Assembly (NCBI GenBank): GCA_944383925.1
Contig: CALWRM010000157.1
Coordinates: 1 to 63,263, forward strand
Source: an uncultured Clostridia bacterium
Lineage (GTDB): Bacteria > Bacillota > Clostridia > Christensenellales > UBA1750
Length of the DNA: 63,263 bases
Reading direction: 5' to 3'
The position numbers and the translations under genes are program-made. This document shows, piece by piece, positions 47,360 to 57,072 of this stretch (position 1 is its first letter; the number at the start of each line of letters is the position of its first letter). Below the pieces are notes generated by a model. That model searched no databases. It was not told the DNA's origin and was given only the letters and a program-made list of their open reading frames with translations.

Positions 47360-47398
47360 GCCGGAGCAAAGTTCGCTTTGCTCCGGCGCTTTTTGTTT
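47360..47398 (+). terminator. Intrinsic terminator after tRNA-Trp
   Basis: 12-bp perfect stem GCCGGAGCAAAG / CTTTGCTCCGGC with loop TTCG, followed by GCTTTTTGTTTG. Confidence 0.85.
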
Positions 47399-47489
47399 GC
47401 TCCTTTCCCATAGTGAGCCCCCACGCGCCAACGCGGCGAAAACCGGCCGGCCAAAGGCGGCGGCGGGGCCTCAAAAAAGGCGCGCACGC

Positions 47490-47518
47490 TTGCTTTTTTG
47501 CGGTTATTTTAGTATAGT
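47490..47518 (+). promoter_or_regulatory. Candidate promoter of the GT2-GtrA gene
   Basis: TTGCTT (47490-47495), a 17-nt spacer, then TATAGT (47513-47518). Confidence 0.4.
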
Positions 47519-47561
47519 GAATGGTGGCGGATCTATCCGCCGCAACGCCTCTGTTGAGAGA

Positions 47562-48629
47562 ATGAGGGGAATTGGGTTTATGGCGGTTTTGCTGGTTCCG
47601 GCCTATAAGCCGGACGAGAAAATGCTCACCTTTGTGAAGCAGGCGCTCGCATCCGAGCGCTTTTCTGCCATTGTGGCGGTGGACGATGGCGGCGGTCCCG
47701 CCTACAGCCACATCTTCCAGGCTTTGCGGGAGATGGGGGTGGAGGTGGTCGTCCACGCCGTCAATCTGGGCAAGGGCCAGGCCATGAAGACGGGCTTCAA
47801 CCACATTATGCTGCACCATCCTGGCGAAGGGGTTGTGGCCGCGGATTGCGACGGCCAGCATTCCCTGCCGGACACCATTCGCGTGGCCGACGAGCTGGAA
47901 AAGCTCCAGCAGGTGGACGCCATGGTGTTGGGCAGCCGCCGTATGAACAAGACGGCGCCCTGGAAGAGCCGCTTTGGCAACGGCATCACGCGCTTTGCCT
48001 TCTTCTTGGCCACGGGCTTGAAGGTCTACGACACGCAGACCGGCCTGCGCGGATATCCGGCCGGCCTCCTGCCTCGCTTGATGGAGATCCCCGGCAGCCG
48101 CTACGAGTATGAGATGAACATGCTCCTCAGCTTTGCCAGGGAAGGCTTCCAGATCGTGGAGCTGCCCATCGAGACCATCTACATCCAGAACAATGCGGGC
48201 ACCCATTTTCATCCAATTCGGGATGCGCTGAAGGTCTTTTCCCGCCTGTTCGTGTTTGCGGCCTCGTCGCTGTTTTGCTATGGGGTGGATTATCTCCTGT
48301 ACGTCCTGCTGCTCGGGTTTGCGCCGGTTCCCCTGTGGGTTTGCTACGGCGGGGCGAGGCTGGTTTCCTCCACGCTCAACTTCTACATCAACCGCCGCTT
48401 GGTCTTTAAGGCCGAACAGGGTTCCCTGCTCTGGCAAATTCTTCGCTACTATCTGCTGGCCGCCTTTGTGCTGGCGCTCGGCTCCCTGGGCGTGTCCGGG
48501 TTGAGCTATTTGGGCGTGAGCGAATACATCGCCAAGCTCATCGTGGATACCCTGCTGTATGTGGTGTCCTTTGTGGGCCAGAGGCTGCTCGTGTTTAGGC
48601 CTGGCCAGGTCAAGAGGCAAGAGAGATGA
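47562..48629 (+). CDS. Family 2 glycosyltransferase fused to a GtrA-like membrane domain
   Basis: GT-A N-terminus (VPAYKPDEK...VDDGGG...DCDGQH) followed by four hydrophobic helices with a GtrA-like pattern (NFYINRRLVF). ATG 47580 is an alternative start. Confidence 0.8.
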   Translation: MRGIGFMAVLLVPAYKPDEKMLTFVKQALASERFSAIVAVDDGGGPAYSHIFQALREMGVEVVVHAVNLGKGQAMKTGFNHIMLHHPGEGVVAADCDGQHSLPDTIRVADELEKLQQVDAMVLGSRRMNKTAPWKSRFGNGITRFAFFLATGLKVYDTQTGLRGYPAGLLPRLMEIPGSRYEYEMNMLLSFAREGFQIVELPIETIYIQNNAGTHFHPIRDALKVFSRLFVFAASSLFCYGVDYLLYVLLLGFAPVPLWVCYGGARLVSSTLNFYINRRLVFKAEQGSLLWQILRYYLLAAFVLALGSLGVSGLSYLGVSEYIAKLIVDTLLYVVSFVGQRLLVFRPGQVKRQER

Positions 48630-49939
48630 ACATGGACCTGTTTGCAGGAAACGAGGAGAAGATGCGTCCGCTGGCCGATCGGATGCGGCCAAGAAACCTG
48701 GACGAGTTCATCGGGCAAAAGCATATCGTCGGCAAGGGCACCCTCTTGCGGCGCGCCATCGAGGCAGACCGCCTGACTTCCAGCATCTTCTTCGGGCCGC
48801 CGGGCGTCGGCAAGACGACCCTGGCCTCCATCATCGCCAACACCACCGCCTCGGCCTTCGTTAAGCTCAACGCCGTCACCTCCGGCGTGGGGGAGGTGCG
48901 CGAGGTCATTGCCCAGGCAAAGGACCGCATACGGCTTTATGGCCAAAGCACCTACCTGTTGCTGGACGAATGCCATCGCTGGTCCAAAGCCCAATCGGAC
49001 TCCATCCTTCCAGCCATCGAACAGGGTTCCATCCGCTTCATCGGCTCCACCACCGAAAACCCCGTCATCGCCATGACGCCGGCCATCGTCAGCCGCTGCC
49101 GTTTGTTCCAGTTTAAATCCCTTAGCCAGGAGGACGTGCGTCAAGCCATTTTGCAAGCCCTGCGCGACGAGGAGCGCGGCTTTGGGTTGCTGGCGGTGGA
49201 TCTGGAAGAGCAGGCGTTGGAGCATCTTTCCTTTGTGGCCAACGGGGATGCCCGCAACGCCCTCAACGCCCTGGAGCTGGCCGTGCTCACCACCCCCAAG
49301 GGGGAGGACGGGCGCATCCATATCGACCTTTCCGTGGCGGAGCAATCCATCCAGCAGCAGGTGCTGGCCCTGGATGAAAGCTACTACTACGACATGCTCT
49401 CCGCCTTTTGTAAATCCCTGCGGGGCTCCGACACCGATGCGGCGCTGGCCTGGTTTGCCCGCATGGTGCATGGCGGCGTAGACCCGCGCATCATCGTTCG
49501 GCGGGTGATCGCCCACGCCAGCGAGGACGTGGGCATGGCCAATCCCCAGGCCATGCTTCTGGCCGTGGCCGCATGGCAGGCCCTGGACGCCATCGGCATG
49601 CCGGAGGCCTCCCTTTCCATCACCCAAGCCATCGTCATGGTTTGCGAAAGCCCGAAATCCAACGCCATCGTCAAGGCCAGGGACGCCTGCTTCGCCTACG
49701 CGGAAAAGGCGAAGAACCTGCCCGTCCCCGTGCACCTTCGGGATACCTCCTACAAGGGCGCCAGCTCCAAGCTGGGCGCCGGCAAGGGCTACAAATACGC
49801 CCACGATTATCCGGGCCACTGGGTGCGCCAGCAATACCTGCCGGACGACGCCCTGGACCTGCGCTTCTATGAGCCTAGCGAAATGGGCTTTGAGGCCCGC
49901 ATCCGCCAGACGCGCAAGGAGCGCGAGGGCAAGGAGTAG
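48626..49939 (+). CDS. rarA: Replication-associated recombination protein A (AAA+ ATPase)
   Basis: LDEFIGQKHIVG, Walker A motif GPPGVGKTTLA, Walker B motif LLLDECHR, and a MgsA C-terminal domain (YYDMLSAFCKSLRGSD). Its start overlaps the previous stop. Confidence 0.9.
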   Translation: MNMDLFAGNEEKMRPLADRMRPRNLDEFIGQKHIVGKGTLLRRAIEADRLTSSIFFGPPGVGKTTLASIIANTTASAFVKLNAVTSGVGEVREVIAQAKDRIRLYGQSTYLLLDECHRWSKAQSDSILPAIEQGSIRFIGSTTENPVIAMTPAIVSRCRLFQFKSLSQEDVRQAILQALRDEERGFGLLAVDLEEQALEHLSFVANGDARNALNALELAVLTTPKGEDGRIHIDLSVAEQSIQQQVLALDESYYYDMLSAFCKSLRGSDTDAALAWFARMVHGGVDPRIIVRRVIAHASEDVGMANPQAMLLAVAAWQALDAIGMPEASLSITQAIVMVCESPKSNAIVKARDACFAYAEKAKNLPVPVHLRDTSYKGASSKLGAGKGYKYAHDYPGHWVRQQYLPDDALDLRFYEPSEMGFEARIRQTRKEREGKE

Positions 49940-49996
49940 GGGAGAGCCACAACAAAGAGATCCATCCATCAACGCTTCGATAGGGAGGAATGCAGC

Positions 49997-51376
49997 ATGC
50001 TAAACAATCACTTGGCCGAGGAAGTGCTCGGCCGGGCGCTGTCCACGGGCGGCGACTTTGCGGAAATCTTCATGGAGGATACTACGAGCCAGGGCATCGT
50101 TGTGCTGGGCTCCAACGTGGAAAACGCCTCCACCAGCCGCATGCGCGGCGTTGGCATCCGGGTCTACAAGGGCTTTAGCAGCGTCTACGCCTACACCAAC
50201 GACCTTAGCCGCGGCGGCCTGCTTCGCTGTGCCTCGGATGCGGCGGCGGCCGTCGGCGAGGGCGGCGCCGCCGTGGACGTGCGCCTCAACCGCTCCGTGG
50301 CGGCCAACATCCACCCCTACGCCCTCCTGCCCGTCGATGTGGACGGCAAGCGCAAGGTGGAAGCCCTGCTGGCCATGGACCAGGCGGCAAGATCGGTCTC
50401 CCCTGAAATCGTGCAGGTAAGCGCCAGCTACTCCGGCAAGTGGCAGCAGGTTCAGATCCTCAACTCCGAGGGATTGAACGTGTCCGACCAGCGCGTCTAT
50501 GTGCGCGTGCGCGTGCAGGCCGTGGCCGCCAACGGTTCGGAAAACCAGACGGGCACCGAGTCCCCGGGCGCCCTGAAGGGCCACGAGTTTGTGGACTCGC
50601 TGGATTTGGAACAACTCGGCAAGAGCGCCGGCCGGTGCGCCGTGACCATGCTGCACGCCGATAACTGCCCCGCCGGCCAGATGCCGGTGGTGATCGACGG
50701 CGGATTTGGCGGCGTGATCTTCCACGAGGCTTGCGGCCATGCCCTGGAGGCCACCTCCGTGGCCAAGGGCAACTCCGTCTTCTGCGGCAAGCTCGGCCAG
50801 CCCATCGCCGCCAAGTGCGTCAGCGCCATGGACGACGGCACCATGGCCAACGAGTGGGGTTCCCTGAACATCGACGATGAGGGAATCCCCACCCAAAGGA
50901 AGCTCCTGATCGAAAATGGCGTGCTCAAGAGCTATATGATCGACCGCCTCAACGCCCGGCGCATGAGCATGCCCTCCACCGGCAGCGGCAGGCGGCAGGA
51001 CTACAGCTTTGCGCCCACCTCCCGCATGACCAACACCTTCATCTGCGAGGGTACGGACGACGAGGAGGAAATGCTGCGCACCATGGGCGACGGCCTTTAT
51101 GCCAAGACCATGGGCGGCGGCTCCGTAAACCCCGTGACCGGCGAGTTCAACTTCGCGGTCAACGAGGCCTATCTGGTAAAGGACGGAAAGATCGACCGGC
51201 CCGTGCGCGGCGCCACCCTCATCGGCAAGGGCTCCCAGATCCTCTGGGACATCGACCGGGTGGGCAGGCATATGACCATGGCCCAGGGCATGTGCGGTTC
51301 CCTTTCGGGATCCGTGCCCACGAACGTGGGCCAGCCCCGCATCCGCGTAAGCCGGATCACCGTGGGCGGACGCTAG
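49997..51376 (+). CDS. tldD: Metalloprotease TldD
   Basis: 459 aa. HEACGHALE zinc motif and a typical TldD N-terminus. Confidence 0.9.
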   Translation: MLNNHLAEEVLGRALSTGGDFAEIFMEDTTSQGIVVLGSNVENASTSRMRGVGIRVYKGFSSVYAYTNDLSRGGLLRCASDAAAAVGEGGAAVDVRLNRSVAANIHPYALLPVDVDGKRKVEALLAMDQAARSVSPEIVQVSASYSGKWQQVQILNSEGLNVSDQRVYVRVRVQAVAANGSENQTGTESPGALKGHEFVDSLDLEQLGKSAGRCAVTMLHADNCPAGQMPVVIDGGFGGVIFHEACGHALEATSVAKGNSVFCGKLGQPIAAKCVSAMDDGTMANEWGSLNIDDEGIPTQRKLLIENGVLKSYMIDRLNARRMSMPSTGSGRRQDYSFAPTSRMTNTFICEGTDDEEEMLRTMGDGLYAKTMGGGSVNPVTGEFNFAVNEAYLVKDGKIDRPVRGATLIGKGSQILWDIDRVGRHMTMAQGMCGSLSGSVPTNVGQPRIRVSRITVGGR

Positions 51377-51395
51377 GAAGAGGGGGAAATGCAAG

Positions 51396-52742
51396 ATGGA
51401 TTATCAGTTGATCGATACCCTGTTGGATCTTGCCACGAAGGCCGGCTTTACCCAGGCGGAGGCCTATTATACCCAGGGCGAAAGCTTCAACGTTTCCGTG
51501 TTGGACGGCGAGATCGAGGATTATCGGGTGGAGAGCCAGCAGGGCCTGTCCCTGCGCGGCTTGATCGACGGCAAGATGGGTTATGCCTCCACCGAGGCCG
51601 TGGACGAGGAAGACCTCGACGAGCTCGTGGCGGCGGCCAAGGAGAATGCCGCCCTGATCCAAAGCCCGGACCAAACGCCCTTGCACGATGGCAAGGACGA
51701 GATTGAACAGGTAAAGAAGGAGAACAAGATCGCCAGGCTTTCCGCCAAAGAAAAGATCGAGCTCGCCCTGGAAATGGAGCGCTTGGCCAAGGCGGCCGAT
51801 CCCCGCGTGCTGCGCATGGAGGGATGCGAGCTGGGCACCCAGGTAAGCAGAAGGATCATCCAAAATACCCTGGGCCTGCGCCGGGAATCCTCCGGCGCCC
51901 TGGGCTTTGCCGCGGCCATGCCCATCATCAAGAACGGCGAGGACATGCTCAGCGGCATGTATTTCGAGGCCTTTGACGATTTTAGCAAGCTGGATATCAA
52001 GCGCGTGGCCGAAAAGGCCGTGGAGGATGGCGTCGCCTACATTGGCGCAAGCTCCATGCCCTCGGGCAGCATGCCCGTCGTGCTGCGCAACGACGTGATG
52101 GCCACCTTGCTGCGCGTGTTCTCCGGCGTGTTCTCCGCGGAAGCGACGGATAAGGGCCTTTCCCTGCTCAAGGGACGGGAGGGCGAGCGCATCGCGGCCG
52201 CCTGCGTCACCCTGTGGGACGATCCCTTCTGCGAGCAGGCCTATTCCGGCTCGAGCTTCGACGGCGAGGGCGTCGCGACCCACAAGAAGGCCGTCGTGGA
52301 AAACGGCAGCTTTCGGACGCTGCTGTATAACCTGAAATATGCCAAGAAGGCCGGCATCGCCTCCACCGGCAACGCCAGCCGCCCCTCCTATGCCTCCACG
52401 GTGGGCATTGCGCCGTCCAACTTCTATTTGGCCCCTGGCCAGTGCAGCCGGGAAGCCCTCTTTGAGCGGGCGAAAAACGGCGTGATGATCACCGACCTGA
52501 TGGGCATGCACGCCGGCGCCAATCCCGTGTCCGGGGACTTCTCCTTGGCCGCGAAGGGCTTCCTGATTCAGGAGGGGAAGATCGTTCGCCCCGTAGAGCA
52601 AATCACGGTGGCGGGTAACTTCTATGCGCTGCTGCAGGGCGTGCAGGCCGTGGCGGACGACCTGTGGTTCACCCTGCCGGGCGCAAGCTCGTTTGGCTCC
52701 GCCTCTGTGCTGGTGGAGGGGTTGAGCATCGCCGGCAAATAA
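51396..52742 (+). CDS. pmbA: TldE/PmbA protein (TldD partner)
   Basis: 448 aa. PmbA_TldD family pattern without the HExxxH motif (GANPVSGDFS...G). It lies directly downstream of tldD. Confidence 0.85.
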   Translation: MDYQLIDTLLDLATKAGFTQAEAYYTQGESFNVSVLDGEIEDYRVESQQGLSLRGLIDGKMGYASTEAVDEEDLDELVAAAKENAALIQSPDQTPLHDGKDEIEQVKKENKIARLSAKEKIELALEMERLAKAADPRVLRMEGCELGTQVSRRIIQNTLGLRRESSGALGFAAAMPIIKNGEDMLSGMYFEAFDDFSKLDIKRVAEKAVEDGVAYIGASSMPSGSMPVVLRNDVMATLLRVFSGVFSAEATDKGLSLLKGREGERIAAACVTLWDDPFCEQAYSGSSFDGEGVATHKKAVVENGSFRTLLYNLKYAKKAGIASTGNASRPSYASTVGIAPSNFYLAPGQCSREALFERAKNGVMITDLMGMHAGANPVSGDFSLAAKGFLIQEGKIVRPVEQITVAGNFYALLQGVQAVADDLWFTLPGASSFGSASVLVEGLSIAGK

Positions 52743-52759
52743 GCGTTGGGACAACCACG

Positions 52760-52787
52760 AGGCGCGCGGCTCATGGGCCGCGCGCCT
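52760..52787 (+). terminator. Hairpin after pmbA
   Basis: 11-bp GC stem AGGCGCGCGGC / GCCGCGCGCCT, followed by TGTTGCGTT. Confidence 0.55.
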
Positions 52788-52810
52788 TGTTGCGTTGGTG
52801 CAATGCAGCA

Positions 52811-52833
52811 AGCCCCCGGCGTCGCCGGGGGCT
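52811..52833 (-). terminator. Hairpin after the minus-strand oxidoreductase gene
   Basis: 10-bp stem AGCCCCCGGC / GCCGGGGGCT. The T-tract on the minus strand is poor. Confidence 0.4.
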
Positions 52834-52846
52834 TTGCAGCCAAGCG

Positions 52847-53992
52847 TTAGATCTCGGGGATCTTGATCTCGATCTCGTGGCCGCACTCGGCAGACTTGAC
52901 AAGTCCGTCGATGATGGCCTGGTTGTACAGGATCTGGCTGGTGGGAACGGGAGCGGTGCCGCCGTTCTTGACAGCGTCCAGGAAGGAGCGGATCTTGTGG
53001 TAGAACAGGCCCTTGTTGTCGGGGTTCTCCACCAGGGGAATGGTGGTCTGGGTCTGCTGGCCAGCCACGTCGAAGTACATGGTCATCGGGCCGCCCACGG
53101 TGCCGTTCCAGCAATCGATGGAGGGGATGCGCAGCGCCGCCTTGGTGCCCAGGATGATGGTGTCACCCGGAGTGTCGATATGCATGGCCCAAGCGATGCG
53201 GAAATCGAGGATGATGTCGCCCTCCAGGCGGATGAACGCGGCGGCAAAGTCGTCCACGTTGAAGCGGGCGGCGTCGGCGGGGTTGTTGTACAGGGGGTTG
53301 GTGCCGAAATAGTTGGAGCTATAGGCGGAAATGGTCAAGGGCTTGGGATAGCCGATGGCGTTGAGCACCATGTCCAGAGAATAGCAGCCGATGTCGCCCA
53401 GGGCGCCGATGCCGGCGGTCTTCTTCTCGATGAAGGTGGAGTTGGGGATGCCGCGCCTGCGGCCGCCGCCGGTCTGGATGTAATAGATCTTGCCCAGCTC
53501 GCCGGACTCCACGATCTTCTTGATCATCTGCATGTTGGCGTCCAGGCGGGGCTGGAAGCCGATGGAGAGGATCTTGCCGCTCTTCTTCTCGGCGCGCATG
53601 ATGTCGGCGGCCTCTTCGATGGTTACGCACATGGGCTTTTCCAACAGAACGTTGACGCCCTTTTCCAGCGCGTAGATGGTGGGGATGGCATGCTGGGTGT
53701 TGTAGGTGCAAACGCTCACCACATCCAGCTCCTCGTTGTCGAGCAGCTCCTTGTGGGAGGGATAGAAATGCACGCCCTTTACGCCATAATGCTCCATGAA
53801 CTTCTCGGCCTTGCCGGGGATGAGGTCGGCGGCGGCCACGATGTCCACGTCGGGCATCTGCAGATAGCTTTCAATGTGGGACTCGGCGATCCAGCCGGTG
53901 CCGATGATACCGACCTTCACCCTTTTGGTGGCGTCGATTTTTTCCTCGTTGGAGGCGCCGGGGGTAAACTGGTTGAGAACAGCGTCGGTCAT
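52847..53992 (-). CDS. Gfo/Idh/MocA-family NAD(P)-dependent oxidoreductase
   Basis: Rossmann motif VGIIGTGWIAESH, the EKP motif (LLEKPMC), and a C-terminal alpha/beta domain. AAGGAGA SD lies upstream of ATG 53992. Confidence 0.85.
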   Translation of the reverse strand: MTDAVLNQFTPGASNEEKIDATKRVKVGIIGTGWIAESHIESYLQMPDVDIVAAADLIPGKAEKFMEHYGVKGVHFYPSHKELLDNEELDVVSVCTYNTQHAIPTIYALEKGVNVLLEKPMCVTIEEAADIMRAEKKSGKILSIGFQPRLDANMQMIKKIVESGELGKIYYIQTGGGRRRGIPNSTFIEKKTAGIGALGDIGCYSLDMVLNAIGYPKPLTISAYSSNYFGTNPLYNNPADAARFNVDDFAAAFIRLEGDIILDFRIAWAMHIDTPGDTIILGTKAALRIPSIDCWNGTVGGPMTMYFDVAGQQTQTTIPLVENPDNKGLFYHKIRSFLDAVKNGGTAPVPTSQILYNQAIIDGLVKSAECGHEIEIKIPEI

Positions 53993-54100
53993 GTTGTGTC
54001 CATCTCCTTTGAAAAAAGAGTCAGTCTGTGTCGGTCCACATACTATATTGTACCATGTTCCTCCAAGGGCGCGCAATGCCCAAATGAAGCCTTGGCCGGA

Positions 54101-54147
54101 AAAAGAGGAAAAGAAGCGCCCGATCTTGCAGGGCAAGATCGGGCGCT
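54101..54147 (-). terminator. Intrinsic terminator between the two oxidoreductase genes
   Basis: On the minus strand: 15-bp stem AGCGCCCGATCTTGC / GCAAGATCGGGCGCT, followed by TCTTTTCCTCTTTTT. Confidence 0.65.
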
Positions 54148-54154
54148 TTGGCGC

Positions 54155-55204
54155 TTATAGCTCGATTTCCTTCTTGGCCTTGGCGGAGGTGTAGATGCCT
54201 TCCAGGATCTTCATCATCGTCAATCCGTCCTCGGCGTTGGATTCGGGGGTCTTGTGGTTGCGCACGCAGTCGATGAAATGGTCGATCTCCGCCGCGTAGG
54301 CGTTGTTCGAGGCGGTGGGCAGCTCCATGTTGCACAGATAGCCGTTTTCCTCGCCATAGATGCGCAGCGGGAACATCTTGGCGCCGGCCTTGGAACCCAT
54401 GATGTGGGTGTACTCGGTGGGGCCGTCCTGCTCCATGTTGATGGCCCAAGATACCTCGGCCATCATGGTGGCGCCGTTCTCAAAGTGGATGATGGCGGCG
54501 GCGCTGTCCTCGGTGTCGAAGGCCGTCACGTCGCTGTCCAAAGCCTTGTAGCGGTTGACGCCCTTGGTCTTGAACTCGCCGATGGCATAGCTGGTGGAGG
54601 CGGAAATGCGCACGGGCTTCGGCTTGCCCATGAGGTACCAGGTGCGGTCGATGCAGTGGATGCCGATGTCGATCACCGGGCCGCCGCCGGACTTTTGCGT
54701 GTCGGTAAACCAGCCGATAGGGGTGCCGCGGCGGCGCATATAGCCGGTCTTGGCGTAGTAGATATCGCCCAGACGGCCGGAGTCGATCTCGGCCTTGAGC
54801 ACCTGGCTCTCGTTGGCGTAGCGGGTCATGACGGCGACCATGAAGGTTACGCCGGCCTCGTCCACGGCCTTCTTCATCTGCTCGGCATGCTCCACGCTCC
54901 AAGCCATGGGCTTTTCGCAAAGGATGTGCTTGCCGGCCTTGGCGGCTGCGATGGCGACGGGCGCGTGGGAGCGGTTCCAAACGCAGATATCCACGGCTTC
55001 GATCTCGGGGTGCTTCTCCAGGGTCTCTTCCACGGTGGTGTAGGCATGGGGGATGTTGAACTTGGCCGCGATTTCCTTGGCGCGATCCAAATTCCAGTCG
55101 CAAATGGCGACGATTTCCACATCGTCCCTTTCGGCATAGACGGGCAGGTGCGCGTTGCGGGCGATGTTGCCCGCTCCGATCACGGCAATTTTGAGCTTTT
55201 CCAA
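54155..55204 (-). CDS. Gfo/Idh/MocA-family NAD(P)-dependent oxidoreductase
   Basis: IAVIGAGNIARNAH Rossmann motif and LCEKPMA. TTG 55204 lies 9 nt after AGGAGG. ATG 55243 is an alternative start. Confidence 0.85.
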   Translation of the reverse strand: MEKLKIAVIGAGNIARNAHLPVYAERDDVEIVAICDWNLDRAKEIAAKFNIPHAYTTVEETLEKHPEIEAVDICVWNRSHAPVAIAAAKAGKHILCEKPMAWSVEHAEQMKKAVDEAGVTFMVAVMTRYANESQVLKAEIDSGRLGDIYYAKTGYMRRRGTPIGWFTDTQKSGGGPVIDIGIHCIDRTWYLMGKPKPVRISASTSYAIGEFKTKGVNRYKALDSDVTAFDTEDSAAAIIHFENGATMMAEVSWAINMEQDGPTEYTHIMGSKAGAKMFPLRIYGEENGYLCNMELPTASNNAYAAEIDHFIDCVRNHKTPESNAEDGLTMMKILEGIYTSAKAKKEIEL

Positions 55205-55258
55205 GGTTTGCGTCCTCCTGCGTTTCTTTGTGTTCTGCGGCATGCGCCGTCGGAAAGA

Positions 55259-55286
55259 AGTATAGCACAAATTCTCAAAACGGCAA
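55259..55286 (-). promoter_or_regulatory. Candidate promoter of oxidoreductase 54155-55204
   Basis: On the minus strand: TTGCCG (55286-55281), a 16-nt spacer, then TATACT (55264-55259). Confidence 0.4.
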
Positions 55287-55335
55287 CACACTATGGCATT
55301 AAACATCCAAGGGTTGCCAAGAGGCTAGGCGTTCC

Positions 55336-57072
55336 CTATGCGCCGAACTGGCTCATGTACAGCTTTTTGTAGAACCCGTTTGCATTGATGAGCTCGTCGT
55401 GGCTGCCCATTTCCACCACGCGGCCCTTGTTCATCACCAGGATGCAATCCGCCTCGCGAATGGTGGACAAGCGGTGGGCAACGATGAAGGAGGTGCGCCC
55501 CCGCATCAGCTCCGCAAAGGCGTTTTGGATGTGCAGCTCGGTCCTGGTGTCGATGGAAGAGGTGGCCTCGTCCAGGATCAGCATGGGCGGCAGGCATAGC
55601 ATGACCCTGGCGATGCATAGCAGCTGCTTCTGCCCTTGAGAGAGGTTGCCGCCGTCCTCGGAGAGCAGGGTGTCATAGCCGTCGGGCAAGCGTTGGATGA
55701 AGCTATGGGCATGGGCCGCCTTGGCGGCGGCGGTCACTTCCTCCAACCGGGCGTCCGGCTTTCCATAGGCGATGTTCTCAAACACGGTTCCGTTCTTCAG
55801 CCAGGTCTCCTGCAACACCATGCCGTACATGGAGCGCAGCGAATCCCGGGTTACCTGCTGAACGTCCCTTCCGGAGACCAAAATGCGGCCCTCGTCGGGA
55901 TCGTAAAAGCGCATGAGCAGGTTGATGATGGTGGTTTTGCCGCACCCGGTGGGGCCGACGATGGCGATGCGCTGGCCCGGCTCGACGCCCAGGTTGAGGT
56001 CGCGGAGGAGGGGCGTCTCCTTGCGGTAGGAGAAGGAGAGGTGTTCGACGCGGACGGAGCCATCGACCTGGGTGAGCACCGTGGCGCCGGCAGGATCGGG
56101 GCTCTGTACGGGCTGGTCGATGATGTCGAACACGCGGCCGGCGGAGGCGATGGCGCTTTGTAACTCGGCCAGCACGCCGGAAATCTCGTTGAAGGGCTTG
56201 GTGTATTGGTTGGCATAGCTCAAAAACGCCGACAATTGGCCGACGGATAGGCCGCCGCCCATCACGGCCAGGGCGCCGAACACGCCAACGCCCGCATAGA
56301 CCAGGCCGTTGACAAAGCGGGTGGCGGGGTTGGTGATGGAGGAGAAGAACAAAGCCCGAATGCCACAGACCCGAAGCTTTTCGTTGATCTCGCCAAAGGC
56401 GGCCTCGCACGCATCTTCCCGGTTAAAGGCCTTCACCACCCGCTGGCCGGTCACCATTTCCTCCGCCATGGAGCTCATCTCCCCGCGCAATTCGGACTGC
56501 TCGCGGAAATAGGCGAAGCTACGCTTGGCGATGAAGCTTGCGATGAAGAGGGAAAGCGGCGTGACCAACACCACCACCAGGCTGATGCCGGGGTTGAGCT
56601 CGAGCATGAAAAACAGCGTGCCAAGGATGGTGACGATGCCGGTAAAGGCCTGGGTAAAGCCGGTCAGCAAGCCCTCGGAGATGAGGTCGATATCCGTGGT
56701 GATCCGGCTTAGGATGTCGCCGTGGGGCGTGGAGTCGATCGTGCTGAGGGGGAGATCCGAGACCACCTCCATGGCACGGATGCGGATGTCGCGCACGGTC
56801 AGATAGCTCACGCGGTTGGTGCAAAGGCCCAAGAGCCATTGGGCCAGGGCGCTGATGCCGACGGAAATGGCCAGCTTGATCAATATGGGAATCAGGCAGA
56901 TAAAGTCCACCATGCCTTCTCCAACGATGAGATCGACGCCCTGACCGGTGAGCACGGGCACATAGAGCGAGAAGCCGACGGAAACCAGGGCCAGCGCCAG
57001 GGCGAGCAGCAGATAGGCCAGGTGGGGCCTTGCATAGGATAGGACGCGCAACAAAATCTGTCTGTTCTTCAT
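55336..57072 (-). CDS. ABC exporter, fused permease/ATPase subunit (type I exporter, half of a heterodimer)
   Basis: Six TM helices plus an NBD with Walker A motif GPTGCGKTT, signature LSQGQKQ, and Walker B motif LILDEATS. Confidence 0.9.
   Translation of the reverse strand: MKNRQILLRVLSYARPHLAYLLLALALALVSVGFSLYVPVLTGQGVDLIVGEGMVDFICLIPILIKLAISVGISALAQWLLGLCTNRVSYLTVRDIRIRAMEVVSDLPLSTIDSTPHGDILSRITTDIDLISEGLLTGFTQAFTGIVTILGTLFFMLELNPGISLVVVLVTPLSLFIASFIAKRSFAYFREQSELRGEMSSMAEEMVTGQRVVKAFNREDACEAAFGEINEKLRVCGIRALFFSSITNPATRFVNGLVYAGVGVFGALAVMGGGLSVGQLSAFLSYANQYTKPFNEISGVLAELQSAIASAGRVFDIIDQPVQSPDPAGATVLTQVDGSVRVEHLSFSYRKETPLLRDLNLGVEPGQRIAIVGPTGCGKTTIINLLMRFYDPDEGRILVSGRDVQQVTRDSLRSMYGMVLQETWLKNGTVFENIAYGKPDARLEEVTAAAKAAHAHSFIQRLPDGYDTLLSEDGGNLSQGQKQLLCIARVMLCLPPMLILDEATSSIDTRTELHIQNAFAELMRGRTSFIVAHRLSTIREADCILVMNKGRVVEMGSHDELINANGFYKKLYMSQFGA

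Noticed and set aside
47295-48692. 465-aa minus-strand ORF spanning tRNA-Trp and the GT2-GtrA gene
   Set aside because: It runs through a tRNA gene and its terminator and is antisense to a well-formed glycosyltransferase. This is a high-GC artefact.
52664-55372. 498-aa and 372-aa plus-strand ORFs (52664-54160 and 54254-55372) opposite the two Gfo/Idh/MocA genes
   Set aside because: Both have repetitive G/A/V/D/H composition and cross terminator hairpins. The minus-strand products have clear Rossmann and EKP motifs.
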